This document shows, piece by piece, positions 44,085 through 52,614 of a stretch of DNA of 52,614 nt. The position numbers were made by a program, and so were the translations under genes. The stretch is from NCBI GenBank assembly GCA_903849265.1, contig CAININ010000207.1, positions 1 through 52,614 on the forward strand. The letters are read 5' to 3'. Position 1 is the first letter of the stretch. Each line of letters opens with the position of its first letter. Source of the stretch: an uncultured Acidimicrobiaceae bacterium (lineage in GTDB: Bacteria; Actinomycetota; Acidimicrobiia; Acidimicrobiales; RAAP-2). Under the pieces are notes generated by a model. The model saw only the letters and a program-made list of their open reading frames with translations, made no database searches and was not told where the DNA came from.

Positions 44085-44858
44085 TCAGCCCCCGAGGTTG
44101 TCGCGGAGTGTGGCGAGTTCGCCTTCGAGCCTGGCGACCGCATCGATCAGCTCGTCGATCTGACGCTGCATGCTCGCGTGGACGTCCTCGGCGAATGGAT
44201 CGCGTTGGCCTGTCTCCGCAGCGGACAGCGCGGGTGTCGCGTCGGCGGATGCGTCTGCAATGCCGTAGCGGTCAGGTGCATCTGCACTGTCGGAGTCGGC
44301 GGTGCCCGACTTGCCCCGTTCGACTGGTGGATCCTGCGCTGAATCCCGTGCCGGCTCGCTGTCCCACTCCTTGGCCAGCAGCTGTCTCCAGCGGTCCTCT
44401 TTTTGTCCGGGGCGCCTCGCAAGCAGCTCCACCAGCGGCTCGGGACGCGAGGCCAGTCCCTCCAGGACGTCTTGGACCGCCTGCACATCGGCCATCTCCA
44501 CCATGCGAGCAGCCCGGCCCCGGATCTCCCCCGGTGTCTGCGGACCGCGGAGCAACAAGACGCTAAGTGCGGCGAGATCAGGGACGTCGAGGCCGTAGAC
44601 CTCGTCGAGCACATGGCGGATCCGTTCGACCACTCGACCGCTCGATGGCTGCACGAACCGGACCAGTCGATGCCCGCGGAGACTCTCCAGGGCCACACCG
44701 ACATCGGCTTCGTCCATGCTGACGACAGGGTCCCGGTTGGTGGACTGACTGCAGGCCAGCGCCAGGGCATTGCGGGTGAGGGGATAGTGCTGCGGCGTGG
44801 TCAGCTGCTTTTCGACCAGGCACCCGATGACCCTGCCCCCGGCCGGCGTGATCTTCAT
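44085..44858 (-). CDS. DUF480 (YceH) family protein
   Basis: RVIGCLVEKQLTTPQHYPLTRNALALACSQSTNRDPVVSMDE aligns by eye to E. coli YceH. C-terminal coiled-coil segment. Confidence 0.85.
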   Translation of the reverse strand: MKITPAGGRVIGCLVEKQLTTPQHYPLTRNALALACSQSTNRDPVVSMDEADVGVALESLRGHRLVRFVQPSSGRVVERIRHVLDEVYGLDVPDLAALSVLLLRGPQTPGEIRGRAARMVEMADVQAVQDVLEGLASRPEPLVELLARRPGQKEDRWRQLLAKEWDSEPARDSAQDPPVERGKSGTADSDSADAPDRYGIADASADATPALSAAETGQRDPFAEDVHASMQRQIDELIDAVARLEGELATLRDNLGG

Positions 44859-44966
44859 GGACCGACTGTATCCCGGGCCGCGGCTGCGGCCGCGGCCTGT
44901 GCTCCATGCGCAGGGCCCCCGTGTCCCGCCTCGCAAGCCGCGAGCCGACACGACCCGGGGCGCACC

Positions 44967-46208
44967 CTACGTGTGCGGCAGTCGGAGCCCTAGGTCGGCC
45001 GCCCCCGAATGGAGTTCGTCACGAGCACGAGGGTCGGCCACATTGTCGATCAGGAGCCGGGCCTGTTCGCCGGCATGCTTCCCGAACACCTCGGCGCTCC
45101 CGTGCTCGGTGATGATGACCGAGTGCTGAAACGAGGTAGCCGGGTCTCGTAGGAGGGGGAGCACGTTGGACGATCCGCTCGGTGCATGCCAAGAACGGAG
45201 GGCCACGACGGCTTGGCCGCCGACGGAGTGGAGCGCTCCGCTCACGAAGTCCGGTTGACCGCCGAACCCCGAGTAGATCTTCGAGCGAACATAGGAGGCG
45301 TTGGCCTGGACGAACAGGTCGACCTGGAGTGCGGTGTTGATCGACAGCATGGCGGGCTGGTCGGCGATGAGCGCGGGGTCGTTGACCACTTCGGTCCGGC
45401 GCATGACGAGCCGGGGGTTCTCGTCTGCCCACTCGTAGAGCTCGGGCGAGCCGAACAGGAATGAGGCGTTGAGCAGGCGTTGCGGGTCGAGGGCGCCGGA
45501 CCGGTCGAGCGCTACAACACCGTCACTGACCATCTCCGACCAGACCCCCAGGCCGTGGCAGCCCCGCAGGTGGGTGGCTGCCGCATCGGGGATCTGCCCG
45601 ATCCCCAACTGGATGGTCCCGCCTTCGATGGCGTACTTCGACACCAGGGCACCAATTGCTTCGGCCACCGGGTCGTTCGGATAGGGCGCCGGCGAAGGGA
45701 GTGGTCGGTCCACCTCGAGCGCGATGTCGATCTGGTCGACGTCGATCAGGGCGTCCCCCCGGGTGAAGGGCATTTGCGGGTTGACCTGGGCGATCACCGG
45801 TCCGCCACGGGCGACGACGGACTCGATGGCGGCGGGCAGCAGGTTGACCTCGATACCGAGTGACACCTTGCCGTCGCGGGGAGGCGTGGTGTGGAGCAGG
45901 ACGGCATCAGGCGGACGCAAGGTCTCGAACAGGCGAGGGACGAGGGAGAGCCGCATCGGGAGATACTCGACTCTTGGGTCCTCCCGTACTCCGGGGCCGA
46001 TGAACGGCGTCTCGGTGATGAGGCCGTCCCGGCTCGGCCAGCCATCTTGGATGTTGAGGGAGAAGAGCCGACAGCGGGGGAGCGTCTCTTCGAGGATCCG
46101 AAGGAGTTCATATGGGGTGGCGAAGTTGCCGGTCACCACCACGCGGGGCTCGTCGCCGGCCAGCGCGGCGAGGCACTCTGCCACGGCGGCCTCGGTCACG
46201 TAGCGCAC
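44967..46208 (-). CDS. Acetyl-CoA hydrolase/transferase family protein (4-hydroxybutyrate CoA-transferase-like)
   Basis: SGFGGQPDFVSGA motif and family-length protein. GGAGGAG lies 6 nt upstream of GTG 46208. Confidence 0.83.
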   Translation of the reverse strand: MRYVTEAAVAECLAALAGDEPRVVVTGNFATPYELLRILEETLPRCRLFSLNIQDGWPSRDGLITETPFIGPGVREDPRVEYLPMRLSLVPRLFETLRPPDAVLLHTTPPRDGKVSLGIEVNLLPAAIESVVARGGPVIAQVNPQMPFTRGDALIDVDQIDIALEVDRPLPSPAPYPNDPVAEAIGALVSKYAIEGGTIQLGIGQIPDAAATHLRGCHGLGVWSEMVSDGVVALDRSGALDPQRLLNASFLFGSPELYEWADENPRLVMRRTEVVNDPALIADQPAMLSINTALQVDLFVQANASYVRSKIYSGFGGQPDFVSGALHSVGGQAVVALRSWHAPSGSSNVLPLLRDPATSFQHSVIITEHGSAEVFGKHAGEQARLLIDNVADPRARDELHSGAADLGLRLPHT

Positions 46209-46398
46209 AGTGGCTCCTCCTCGGTCAGCCAAGGTCCTGAACGAGGGACCATGGGTCACGGAATACCGGGCGGCACCTCGACCGAGCGTGCTCGCCCGTC
46301 TGGATTCGAGCCAACTGGCCCAGTGATCTCGCCTGAGCCTCTGCTTGCTTTCGGCCAGCACCAGGGGACAAGGACTTGCCGGTTCCTCTGGATCTGAT

Positions 46399-46472
46399 TG
46401 GAGCGGGCGAAGGGAATCGAACCCTCGTCAGCAGGTTGGAAACCTGCAGCTCTACCATTGAGCTACGCCCGC
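46399..46472 (-). tRNA. tRNA-Gly (anticodon UCC), CCA encoded
   Basis: Reverse complement is GCGGGCGTAGCTCAATGGTAGAGCTGCAGGTTTCCAACCTGCTGACGAGGGTTCGATTCCCTTCGCCCGCTCCA. It folds by hand into a cloverleaf: 7-bp acceptor, D-stem GCTC/GAGC, anticodon stem GCAGG/CCTGC with loop TTTCCAA, and TTCGATT in the T-loop. Confidence 0.92.
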
Positions 46473-46567
46473 AAGACGCCGGAACCGAGGATAGCAGCAC
46501 GGTGCTGACCTGGGTGTTTAGCCGCCGTTCCCAATGAGACTCGCCGGGGGCCCTTGTGTCGACGGTG

Positions 46568-47236
46568 TCAGCCCGCCTCGGGCGACCACAGCGGCTCGTC
46601 GACGGTGAACCCGATCGGAGCACCCCACTTGTTCCGATAGGCGACATCTTGGACCGGCCGACGTTTGGCCACGCCCCAGCGCCCCATCGGATACCCCATG
46701 GACACGCAGCACGCCATGATCCACCCCTCATCCTTCGGCACTCCCAGGATGTCGAATGTTTCGTCCGGGTGCCAGAACCCGAGGACGGCGGTGATCGAAC
46801 TACCGACACCCTGGGCACGGGCGGCGAGCTGCGCGCTCCAGACGGCCGGATAGATCGATCCCCCGGACGGGTCGCCCTGGATGAAGGCGAAGAGGAACAG
46901 CGGCACTTCGGCAAAGTGATCTGCCAGCCAGTCAGCAGAAGCCTGGACCTTGAGCATCTGGACGCTTTCGGGATTGTCCGGCTCCGCCTTGGCTGCAGCC
47001 ATGCGGTCGGCGTAGACCGTCTCCCACAATTCGGTGATCGAGTGCCGGTAGAGCGGGGCGATCTGGCCGATGACGTCCTTGTCGTCGACCATCAGGAAGC
47101 GCCAGTTCTGTGTGTTTCCACCCGATGGGGCGCGGACCGCAGCATCCAGGATCTGAGCCTGCACGTCCATCGGCACCGGGTCGGGCTTCACGCGGCGCAT
47201 GGCCCGTGTCGTGTAGAGCGCCTCGAAGATGTCCAC
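46568..47236 (-). CDS. Nitroreductase family protein
   Basis: IFEALYTTRAMRRVKPDPVP...ILDAAVRAPSGGNTQNWRFLMV motif. GGGGAGGAA lies upstream of GTG 47236. Longer starts up to 47383 are possible. Confidence 0.8.
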   Translation of the reverse strand: MDIFEALYTTRAMRRVKPDPVPMDVQAQILDAAVRAPSGGNTQNWRFLMVDDKDVIGQIAPLYRHSITELWETVYADRMAAAKAEPDNPESVQMLKVQASADWLADHFAEVPLFLFAFIQGDPSGGSIYPAVWSAQLAARAQGVGSSITAVLGFWHPDETFDILGVPKDEGWIMACCVSMGYPMGRWGVAKRRPVQDVAYRNKWGAPIGFTVDEPLWSPEAG

Positions 47237-47402
47237 TGGTTCCTCCCCGGAATCCTGCTGTCGTCGCACGACGATCGTCAGGCAGTCACCGTACTGCCCT
47301 CCCGGGCCCCAGAGACTGACGGTCGCCAGCACGTGGCCTCCGGCTGGCCCACTGGTCAACCCGCTGGTCAGGCCATGGTCCACAGAGTGCTAAGAACCGA
47401 GC

Positions 47403-48683
47403 ATGGTCACCCCTCCTTCCGTGCCAGATCCCACCGTGCCGGACGACATCGTCGAACTCGAGGTAGGCGCCATCGCTGCCGGTGGCGGCTGCGTGGCCCG
47501 GGGGCCCGACGGACGGGTGATCTTCGTGCGCCACAGCCTGCCCGGCGAGCGCGTGCGGGCTCGGATCACCTCGGAAACGACGTCGTTCCTGCGTGCCGAT
47601 GCCATCGAGATCCTGGAACCCTCCGCCGACCGGGTCGCTCCCCTATGTCCCCACGCCGGACCGGGACGGTGCGGCGGGTGCGACTTCCAGCATGTGGCGC
47701 TTCCGGCCCAGCGGAAGCTGAAGGAAGATCTGATCGCCGAGCAGCTCACTCGGGTCGGCGGGGTAGATCTGCGGGTGGTGGTCGAAGACGTTGGCGGTGC
47801 TCCCGAGGGCCTCGCCTGGCGGACCAGGGTCTCCTTCGCCGTCGACCGTGAGGGCTTGGTGGGCTTCCGGCGCCACCGCAGCCACGACATCGAGCCGGTG
47901 ACGACGTGCCCGATCGCCACCGATGGAGTGAACGCCGCCGACGTGAGTTCGGTGAACTGGACCGGTGCCCGTCAGCTCGAGGTGCTGGCTTCGCCCGACG
48001 GCGGCCCGCCGGTCGTGTTGGTCGAAACAGGCAAGCAGCGCCTCGACGGGCTCCCCGACATCGAGGTGGGACTGGTCTGGAAGGGACGGACGCTTCGGGC
48101 GCCAGACCATGTCACCTTCGACGTACTCGGTAACCGGTTCGACGTGCGGGCGGGAGTGTTCTGGCAGGTGCATCCCCGCGCCGCCGCGGTGCTGACCACT
48201 GCCGTGCTGGACGGTCTGGCCCCGAAGTCAGGAGAGCGGGTGGCTGACCTGTATGCCGGAGCCGGCCTGTTCACGGTGGCACTGGCCCGTGCCGTCGGAC
48301 CGACCGGCGTGGTGACTGCAGTCGAACGGAGCGGGCCGGCAATCGCGGACCTGAAGCGCAACACGTCGAGCCTCGCCCATGTCGAAGTCCTGCGGGCCGA
48401 TGTGAGCCCTGGCGTGGTGGCCCGCCGGCTGGGCCGACCCGATCTTGTCGTCCTCGATCCCGCTCGCGCTGGTGCCGGTCGGGATGTGCTGACTGCGCTG
48501 TGCGCCCTCGACCCGGCCCCTCGTCGGATCGCCTATGTCTCGTGCGAGCCGGCACCGTTCGCTCGTGACCTGAAGCAGCTCCTGGCGGCAGGATGGACCC
48601 TGGAATCGCTGCGTGCCTTCGACCTGTTCCCAATGACCGAACATGTGGAGCTGGTCGGGATCCTCGCCCGCCCGCAACGCTGA
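47403..48683 (+). CDS. TRAM-domain class I SAM-dependent RNA methyltransferase (RumA/RlmD-like)
   Basis: N-terminal TRAM (VARGPDGRVIFVRHSLPGERV), Fe-S Cys cluster CPHAGPGRCGGCDFQH, SAM motif DLYAGAGLF, and catalytic YVSCEP. Confidence 0.85.
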   Translation: MVTPPSVPDPTVPDDIVELEVGAIAAGGGCVARGPDGRVIFVRHSLPGERVRARITSETTSFLRADAIEILEPSADRVAPLCPHAGPGRCGGCDFQHVALPAQRKLKEDLIAEQLTRVGGVDLRVVVEDVGGAPEGLAWRTRVSFAVDREGLVGFRRHRSHDIEPVTTCPIATDGVNAADVSSVNWTGARQLEVLASPDGGPPVVLVETGKQRLDGLPDIEVGLVWKGRTLRAPDHVTFDVLGNRFDVRAGVFWQVHPRAAAVLTTAVLDGLAPKSGERVADLYAGAGLFTVALARAVGPTGVVTAVERSGPAIADLKRNTSSLAHVEVLRADVSPGVVARRLGRPDLVVLDPARAGAGRDVLTALCALDPAPRRIAYVSCEPAPFARDLKQLLAAGWTLESLRAFDLFPMTEHVELVGILARPQR

Positions 48684-48736
48684 CGTCCGAGCGGGGGCGA
48701 CCGGGTTGCTGCAGGGTCCGCTGCTACTCTCAGGCC

Positions 48737-49279
48737 GTGCGCGCCCGATCTCTCGGCTTCCTGGTCGTGGCCGGAATCGTCGCCACCGGCTGCTCGGGTG
48801 GAACGACGACGACCTCGACGACACAGGCGCCCAAACCGGCGGGAGCACTCCCGTCGGCGATTTCGGTGCAGGTCTGTTCGCACGAGGCGCAGAAAGAGAT
48901 GGCTTCCGCGCTGGGGGAGACCGCCAAGGTGTCGACGCCGACCTGGGTGGACCACCGGTATTTGTGCACGTACGACTACTCGACGTCCAGCCCGTCAGGC
49001 TCGTTCACGGTGTCGGTCAAGGAACTTTCCAGCCGAGCCGAGACTGACACGTACTTCGACGGCTTGGCCACCACCATGGGCAGGTCACGGAGCCTCGAGG
49101 GCCTCGGCGAGGGAGCATTCCAGACCACCGACGGCTCTGTCGTGGTTCGCAAGGACTGGAAGGTGCTGGAGGTGGACGACACCGGGCTGCCGCCGCAGTT
49201 CGGCGTTCCGCCGACCAGTGCTTCATCGGTGGCAGTTACCGTGGCCGACGTCATCCTCGGCTGCTGGGCCGGAGACTGA
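48737..49279 (+). CDS. Hypothetical lipoprotein
   Basis: VRARSLGFLVVAGIVATGC lipobox at GTG 48737. No family recognised. Confidence 0.58.
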   Translation: MRARSLGFLVVAGIVATGCSGGTTTTSTTQAPKPAGALPSAISVQVCSHEAQKEMASALGETAKVSTPTWVDHRYLCTYDYSTSSPSGSFTVSVKELSSRAETDTYFDGLATTMGRSRSLEGLGEGAFQTTDGSVVVRKDWKVLEVDDTGLPPQFGVPPTSASSVAVTVADVILGCWAGD

Positions 49280-49295
49280 CCAACATCAGCCTCTG

Positions 49296-49339
49296 CCGTC
49301 CGTGACGGTCACCAGGTCGGACGGGCCGGGGGCCGGCCC
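49296..49339. terminator. Two adjacent GC-rich hairpins between convergent genes
   Basis: CCGTCCG (49296-49302) pairs with CGGACGG (49318-49324). GGGCCGG (49323-49329) pairs with CCGGCCC (33-39). No U-tract. Confidence 0.42.
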
Positions 49340-49357
49340 AGATTGAGGCTGGCGAAC

Positions 49358-50521
49358 CTAGCCCTTGTAGGTGCCGTGCACGGCCTGCACGATGGCCAGG
49401 CACATCTCGTCCGATGACCCGTCACCCCACACCGTGAAGTGCGGTGCCAGCTTGCGCAGCTGCGGAAGCTCCTGGTCGAGCGTCGGGTCGAACGTACAAG
49501 TGACGCCGATGGTGTCGCCCGCGTGGGTGACCACCGGGTGGGCCAGGTTGTAGGACCGCTGATTGTCGAAGTTGTACTTGGTGACGTTGAGCAGGCTCTG
49601 GGCGTTCGGTTTCCCCGGGTTGAGCACGATCTGCATGCCTCTCCCGGTGAGGTGCATGTGGGCGGTGAGCCGGAGGATCGTCTGGCCTCCGCCGATCGGC
49701 CACACGCAACTCGTGGAGGTCCCAGTCGGCGGCGATGTGGCGTCGCGCCCGCAAGCCGTCTCGATGATGTTGTCGAACGTTGCCGCCCACGGACCGAACC
49801 GCTGGGCCAGGTTGGTCATTTCGGCTGCTCGGCTGCACAAGGGCCCGGTCACCCCGGCGGCGCAGGGGACGTCGGGGGGTGCGGGCAGGAGGTTGAGGGC
49901 AAGCGGCTGCAGGTGTGTTGTGCCGGGCACGGTATGGATGACGAGCTTGGCCTGGACGGGCTTGTCGCCGCGCAGAAGGTTGTAGTGGATCTGCATCACC
50001 ACGAGGCTGCCGGCCGGAAGCTGGGCTCCTGTCCCCTTGGGCATGACGTCGACCCCCGCCCCTGGTGCCCACGCTGTCAGCCAGGGCGTGTTGGAGATCT
50101 GGTTGTCGAGGTGGTGCGCACCCCCACCGGTAGTGGTGGCCGCCGTCTTGACCGGAGGCGAGTCCGGGAGGGCCGACTCGCCGAAGCAGGTCCATCCCTT
50201 TCCGCCCTTGTCGTCGGCCCGGGCGGTCGCGGCCAGGCTCGGCGGGATCAGGAACAGGATGGCGTGGTGGACTTCGATGCTGTTCGGCACGAAGCTCGCC
50301 GAGACGATGAACGAGTTCTTGGTGATGTGCGGGTTCACCAGCGTGCAGTGATAGTCATCGGTGGCGCCCTTCGGGGCTTTGGGCGTGTAGCTGTGGCCCT
50401 GCAGGGTCATGGTGGTCTGTTGGGGCGACGACGCGCCGGCCGGAGTGCATGCTGCGCCGAGCGCGAGCCCGGTGGTGAGGAGGGCGAAGGCTAGGACGAG
50501 GCGTGAGAGGCGTGAACGCAT
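49358..50521 (-). CDS. Secreted/lipoprotein homologue of copper type II ascorbate-dependent monooxygenases (PHM/DBH-like)
   Basis: Signal/lipobox LALGAAC. The blocks TPKAPKG.TDDYHC, EVHHAILF, VVMQIHYN, LTAHMHLTG and GSSDEMC parallel rat PHM blocks as recalled (TPKQSDTYFC, TVHHMLLF, LQVHYG, HTHHLG, SSDEMC). Confidence 0.78.
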   Translation of the reverse strand: MRSRLSRLVLAFALLTTGLALGAACTPAGASSPQQTTMTLQGHSYTPKAPKGATDDYHCTLVNPHITKNSFIVSASFVPNSIEVHHAILFLIPPSLAATARADDKGGKGWTCFGESALPDSPPVKTAATTTGGGAHHLDNQISNTPWLTAWAPGAGVDVMPKGTGAQLPAGSLVVMQIHYNLLRGDKPVQAKLVIHTVPGTTHLQPLALNLLPAPPDVPCAAGVTGPLCSRAAEMTNLAQRFGPWAATFDNIIETACGRDATSPPTGTSTSCVWPIGGGQTILRLTAHMHLTGRGMQIVLNPGKPNAQSLLNVTKYNFDNQRSYNLAHPVVTHAGDTIGVTCTFDPTLDQELPQLRKLAPHFTVWGDGSSDEMCLAIVQAVHGTYKG

Positions 50522-50615
50522 GGCGAGAGGATACCCGTCACCACCTGTTGACGCCCGGTCGCGAGGCGTTCGGGCTATCGCAGGGATCCTCTACAGATCA
50601 CGGTCGGGATCGGGC

Positions 50616-52614
50616 CTAGTGGAGGAGCGCGACCAGCTCATCGTGGCTGGCGGTCAGGTACCGGGCCGCATCCTTGGCGTCCAGCGGGCGCGACATCAAG
50701 TAGCCCTGTCCGGACGGACACCCGAGGCCGATCAGACGGTCGAGCTGATCGGGGCGCTCGATCCCTTCGGCCACGATGTCGAGTCCCATGGTGCGGGCGA
50801 GCCCGATGATGGTGCTGACCAGCGCCGTGCTGGCGGGCTCGGATCGGTTGAGTGGCTCGATGAAGGACCGATCGATCTTCAAGATGTCGACGGGGAACCG
50901 CTGGAGATAGCTAAGGGACGAGTAGCCGGTGCCGAAGTCGTCGACGGCGATGGCGATGCCCATTGAGCGGAGCTCGGCCAACGACTCTTGGGCCCGCTCA
51001 GGGTCCTCCATGAGGACGCTTTCCGTAATTTCGAGGGCCAGCTGAGACGGAAGGATGCCGGAGCGCTCGACCGCGTCTTGGACGTCACCGGACAGGTGCG
51101 GTGCAGCCAGCTGACGACGCGACAAGTTGACCGCCATGCGCAACAGGTGAGGCGTGAGATCCGACCACTCGGCCAGCTGCCGGGTCGCCTCGTCCAAGGC
51201 CCAACGTCCGAGCGGAATGATGAATCCCGTCTCTTCGGCCAGGGGGATGAATCCGGAGGGAGGCACGGAACCGAGTACCGGATGGTTCCAGCGGGCGAGG
51301 GCCTCGAACCCGCCGACTCTCATGGTGTCGAGGTCGAGGACCGGTTGGTACTGCAGGGTGAACTCTCCCCGCTCGATCGCACCGCGGAACCCGTTGGTGA
51401 TCTCGTGGCGCTGGTTGAGCCGGGCGCGCATTGTCGGGTCGAACACCTCGACCCTGCTTCGGCCGCGGGCCTTGGCCTCGTACATCGCAGAATCTGCCTC
51501 ACTGATCAGCTCTTCTGGATGGATGGCCACGTCGGTGAACGCCAGGCCGACGCTCATCGAGATCCCCGACCGTTCGCCGTTTTGGGCTGGGCCACCATCG
51601 ATTGCAGCGATGATCCGCTGGGCGATCTCGAGGGCAACCGACTTCGACTGCACGTCGGGCAAGAGGATGGCGAACTCGTCGCCGCCCATGCGGGCCACGG
51701 TGTCGCCAGGCCGGACGTTGTTCGAGATGATGTCGGCGACGCGGCTGAGCACGCTGTCCCCTACGTGGTGGCCGAGGGTGTCGTTCACAGCCTTGAAGCC
51801 ATCGAGGTCGCCGAAGCAGAGTGCGACCGACCGACCGGCACCTGGCAGGCCGGCCAGTGATAGCGCCACCTGTTCCTGGAGCAGGGTGCGGTTGGCCAGT
51901 CCGGTCAGTTCGTCGTGGAAGGCGAGGTGGCGGAGGTCGGCTTCGAGCGCGTCGCGCTTGGTGTGGGCATCTTCGAGGGCTCGAGCATGGTGCTCGAGGT
52001 CGGCCGCCTGGTCCCCGATGCGGGTGAGCATCCACAGCATCCGCAGGCAGATGATGCCGAACACGATGAGACACAAGACCGAGGTCGCAGCGATGTTCAA
52101 CGGCGTGCCGGTCAGTGCCGCGGCGACCAGGAGCGCAGGAGCGATGAAGGCGGCAAGTGCGACGAACGGGAGGCGCCGACCCGTCTCGGTCAGCTGCCAT
52201 TCGACGGTCGAGTCGTTGCTGTTCGGTGATGCTCCTCCGATACGTGTGCCGCGTTCAGCGCGTTCTGCATCGGAGTCCCACTCGTATCCAATAGATGGAT
52301 GTAGGGCGGCGGCCGCGAGCAGTACGTACTGCATCAGGAAGAAGGCGTCGCTGAACTGGCCCGTGGAGTACGCGTTGTGCAGGACCAGGAGGTCGAAGCA
52401 GAAGTCGCCGATGAACATCATCGTCATGGACGCCATCAAGAGCAGATGGAACGGGCGCCGTGTCGACCCGAAGATGACCGACCGGAAGAGCACGAAGACG
52501 AGGACGACGTCCATGATCGGATAGGCGAGCGCCACGGCTCTGCCCAGTCCCGAGATCCCCTGCTGATGCACATATGGGTTGAGTAGGAAGTGCCAGGCGA
52601 GGGTCAGGCTTCCC
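50616..52614 (-). CDS. Membrane-associated GGDEF-EAL (diguanylate cyclase/phosphodiesterase) protein; the 5' end probably lies outside the window
   Basis: HDELTGLANR...RPGDTVARMGGDEFAILL (GGDEF with an RxxD I-site). EAL domain with EALARW and DDFGTGYSSLSYL. The frame stays open from the annotated start (52571) to the window edge. Confidence 0.9.
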   Translation of the reverse strand, partial: GSLTLAWHFLLNPYVHQQGISGLGRAVALAYPIMDVVLVFVLFRSVIFGSTRRPFHLLLMASMTMMFIGDFCFDLLVLHNAYSTGQFSDAFFLMQYVLLAAAALHPSIGYEWDSDAERAERGTRIGGASPNSNDSTVEWQLTETGRRLPFVALAAFIAPALLVAAALTGTPLNIAATSVLCLIVFGIICLRMLWMLTRIGDQAADLEHHARALEDAHTKRDALEADLRHLAFHDELTGLANRTLLQEQVALSLAGLPGAGRSVALCFGDLDGFKAVNDTLGHHVGDSVLSRVADIISNNVRPGDTVARMGGDEFAILLPDVQSKSVALEIAQRIIAAIDGGPAQNGERSGISMSVGLAFTDVAIHPEELISEADSAMYEAKARGRSRVEVFDPTMRARLNQRHEITNGFRGAIERGEFTLQYQPVLDLDTMRVGGFEALARWNHPVLGSVPPSGFIPLAEETGFIIPLGRWALDEATRQLAEWSDLTPHLLRMAVNLSRRQLAAPHLSGDVQDAVERSGILPSQLALEITESVLMEDPERAQESLAELRSMGIAIAVDDFGTGYSSLSYLQRFPVDILKIDRSFIEPLNRSEPASTALVSTIIGLARTMGLDIVAEGIERPDQLDRLIGLGCPSGQGYLMSRPLDAKDAARYLTASHDELVALLH

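Noticed and set aside
42926-44143. 405-aa ORF on the minus strand
   Set aside because: It is antisense to the DapB-like dehydrogenase gene, which has a strong Shine-Dalgarno sequence and a Rossmann-type N-terminus on the plus strand.
46209-46567. tRNA-Gly locus considered as an integration site for a mobile element
   Set aside because: No integrase or recombinase gene flanks it. I found no direct repeat of the tRNA 3' end elsewhere in the window. The neighbouring genes (CoA-transferase, nitroreductase) look like ordinary metabolism.

Overview
GC-rich (about two-thirds G+C by eye, not computed) chromosomal segment, densely coding. The gene content looks actinobacterial: mycothiol-type PIG-L amidases, several F420-type LLM oxidoreductases, an Rpf-like transglycosylase, DUF2469, and a PspA/HtpX cluster. 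An Acidimicrobiia-like lineage is only a guess.

Layout, left to right:
- 1-6.7 kb: housekeeping block ftsY-ffh-rpsP-KH-rimM-trmD-rplS-DUF2469-yraN.
- 6.8-9.9 kb: three accessory genes (Ntn hydrolase, DUF3089-like hydrolase, crotonase) inserted before comM-dprA.
- 13.4-22.7 kb: LLM oxidoreductase, nfo, a Tro/Znu-like metal ABC importer with a Fur-family regulator, fumC, and a P450 coupled to a pterin-4a-carbinolamine dehydratase.
- 22.8-27.6 kb: Rpf-like protein with six propeller-like repeats, then a five-gene pspA/acidic 92-aa/htpX/211-aa/ACT operon.
- 27.6-49 kb: mca, a second PIG-L deacetylase, purE, PAP2 plus a Cas4-like PD-(D/E)XK nuclease, DedA, an MFS-GGDEF pair, DUF480, a CoA-transferase, tRNA-Gly(UCC), a nitroreductase and a TRAM methyltransferase.
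- 49.4-52.6 kb: a secreted PHM/DBH-like copper monooxygenase homologue and a 5'-truncated GGDEF-EAL protein.

No CRISPR array, transposase, integrase or recognisable defence or toxin-antitoxin module was seen.

Items most worth a second look:
- an apparent +1 frameshift in dprA at a G7 run;
- the Rpf-like propeller fusion and its roughly 410-nt leader;
- the uncharacterised PspA-associated genes;
- the bacterial PHM-like monooxygenase;
- a hairpin that sequesters the comM ribosome-binding site;
- a perfect 17-bp palindrome upstream of the P450;
- several in-frame 9-15 bp tandem repeats at or near gene 5' ends.

Many long ORFs antisense to real genes are GC-driven artefacts and were rejected. 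All calls rest on motif recognition by eye; no searches were run.
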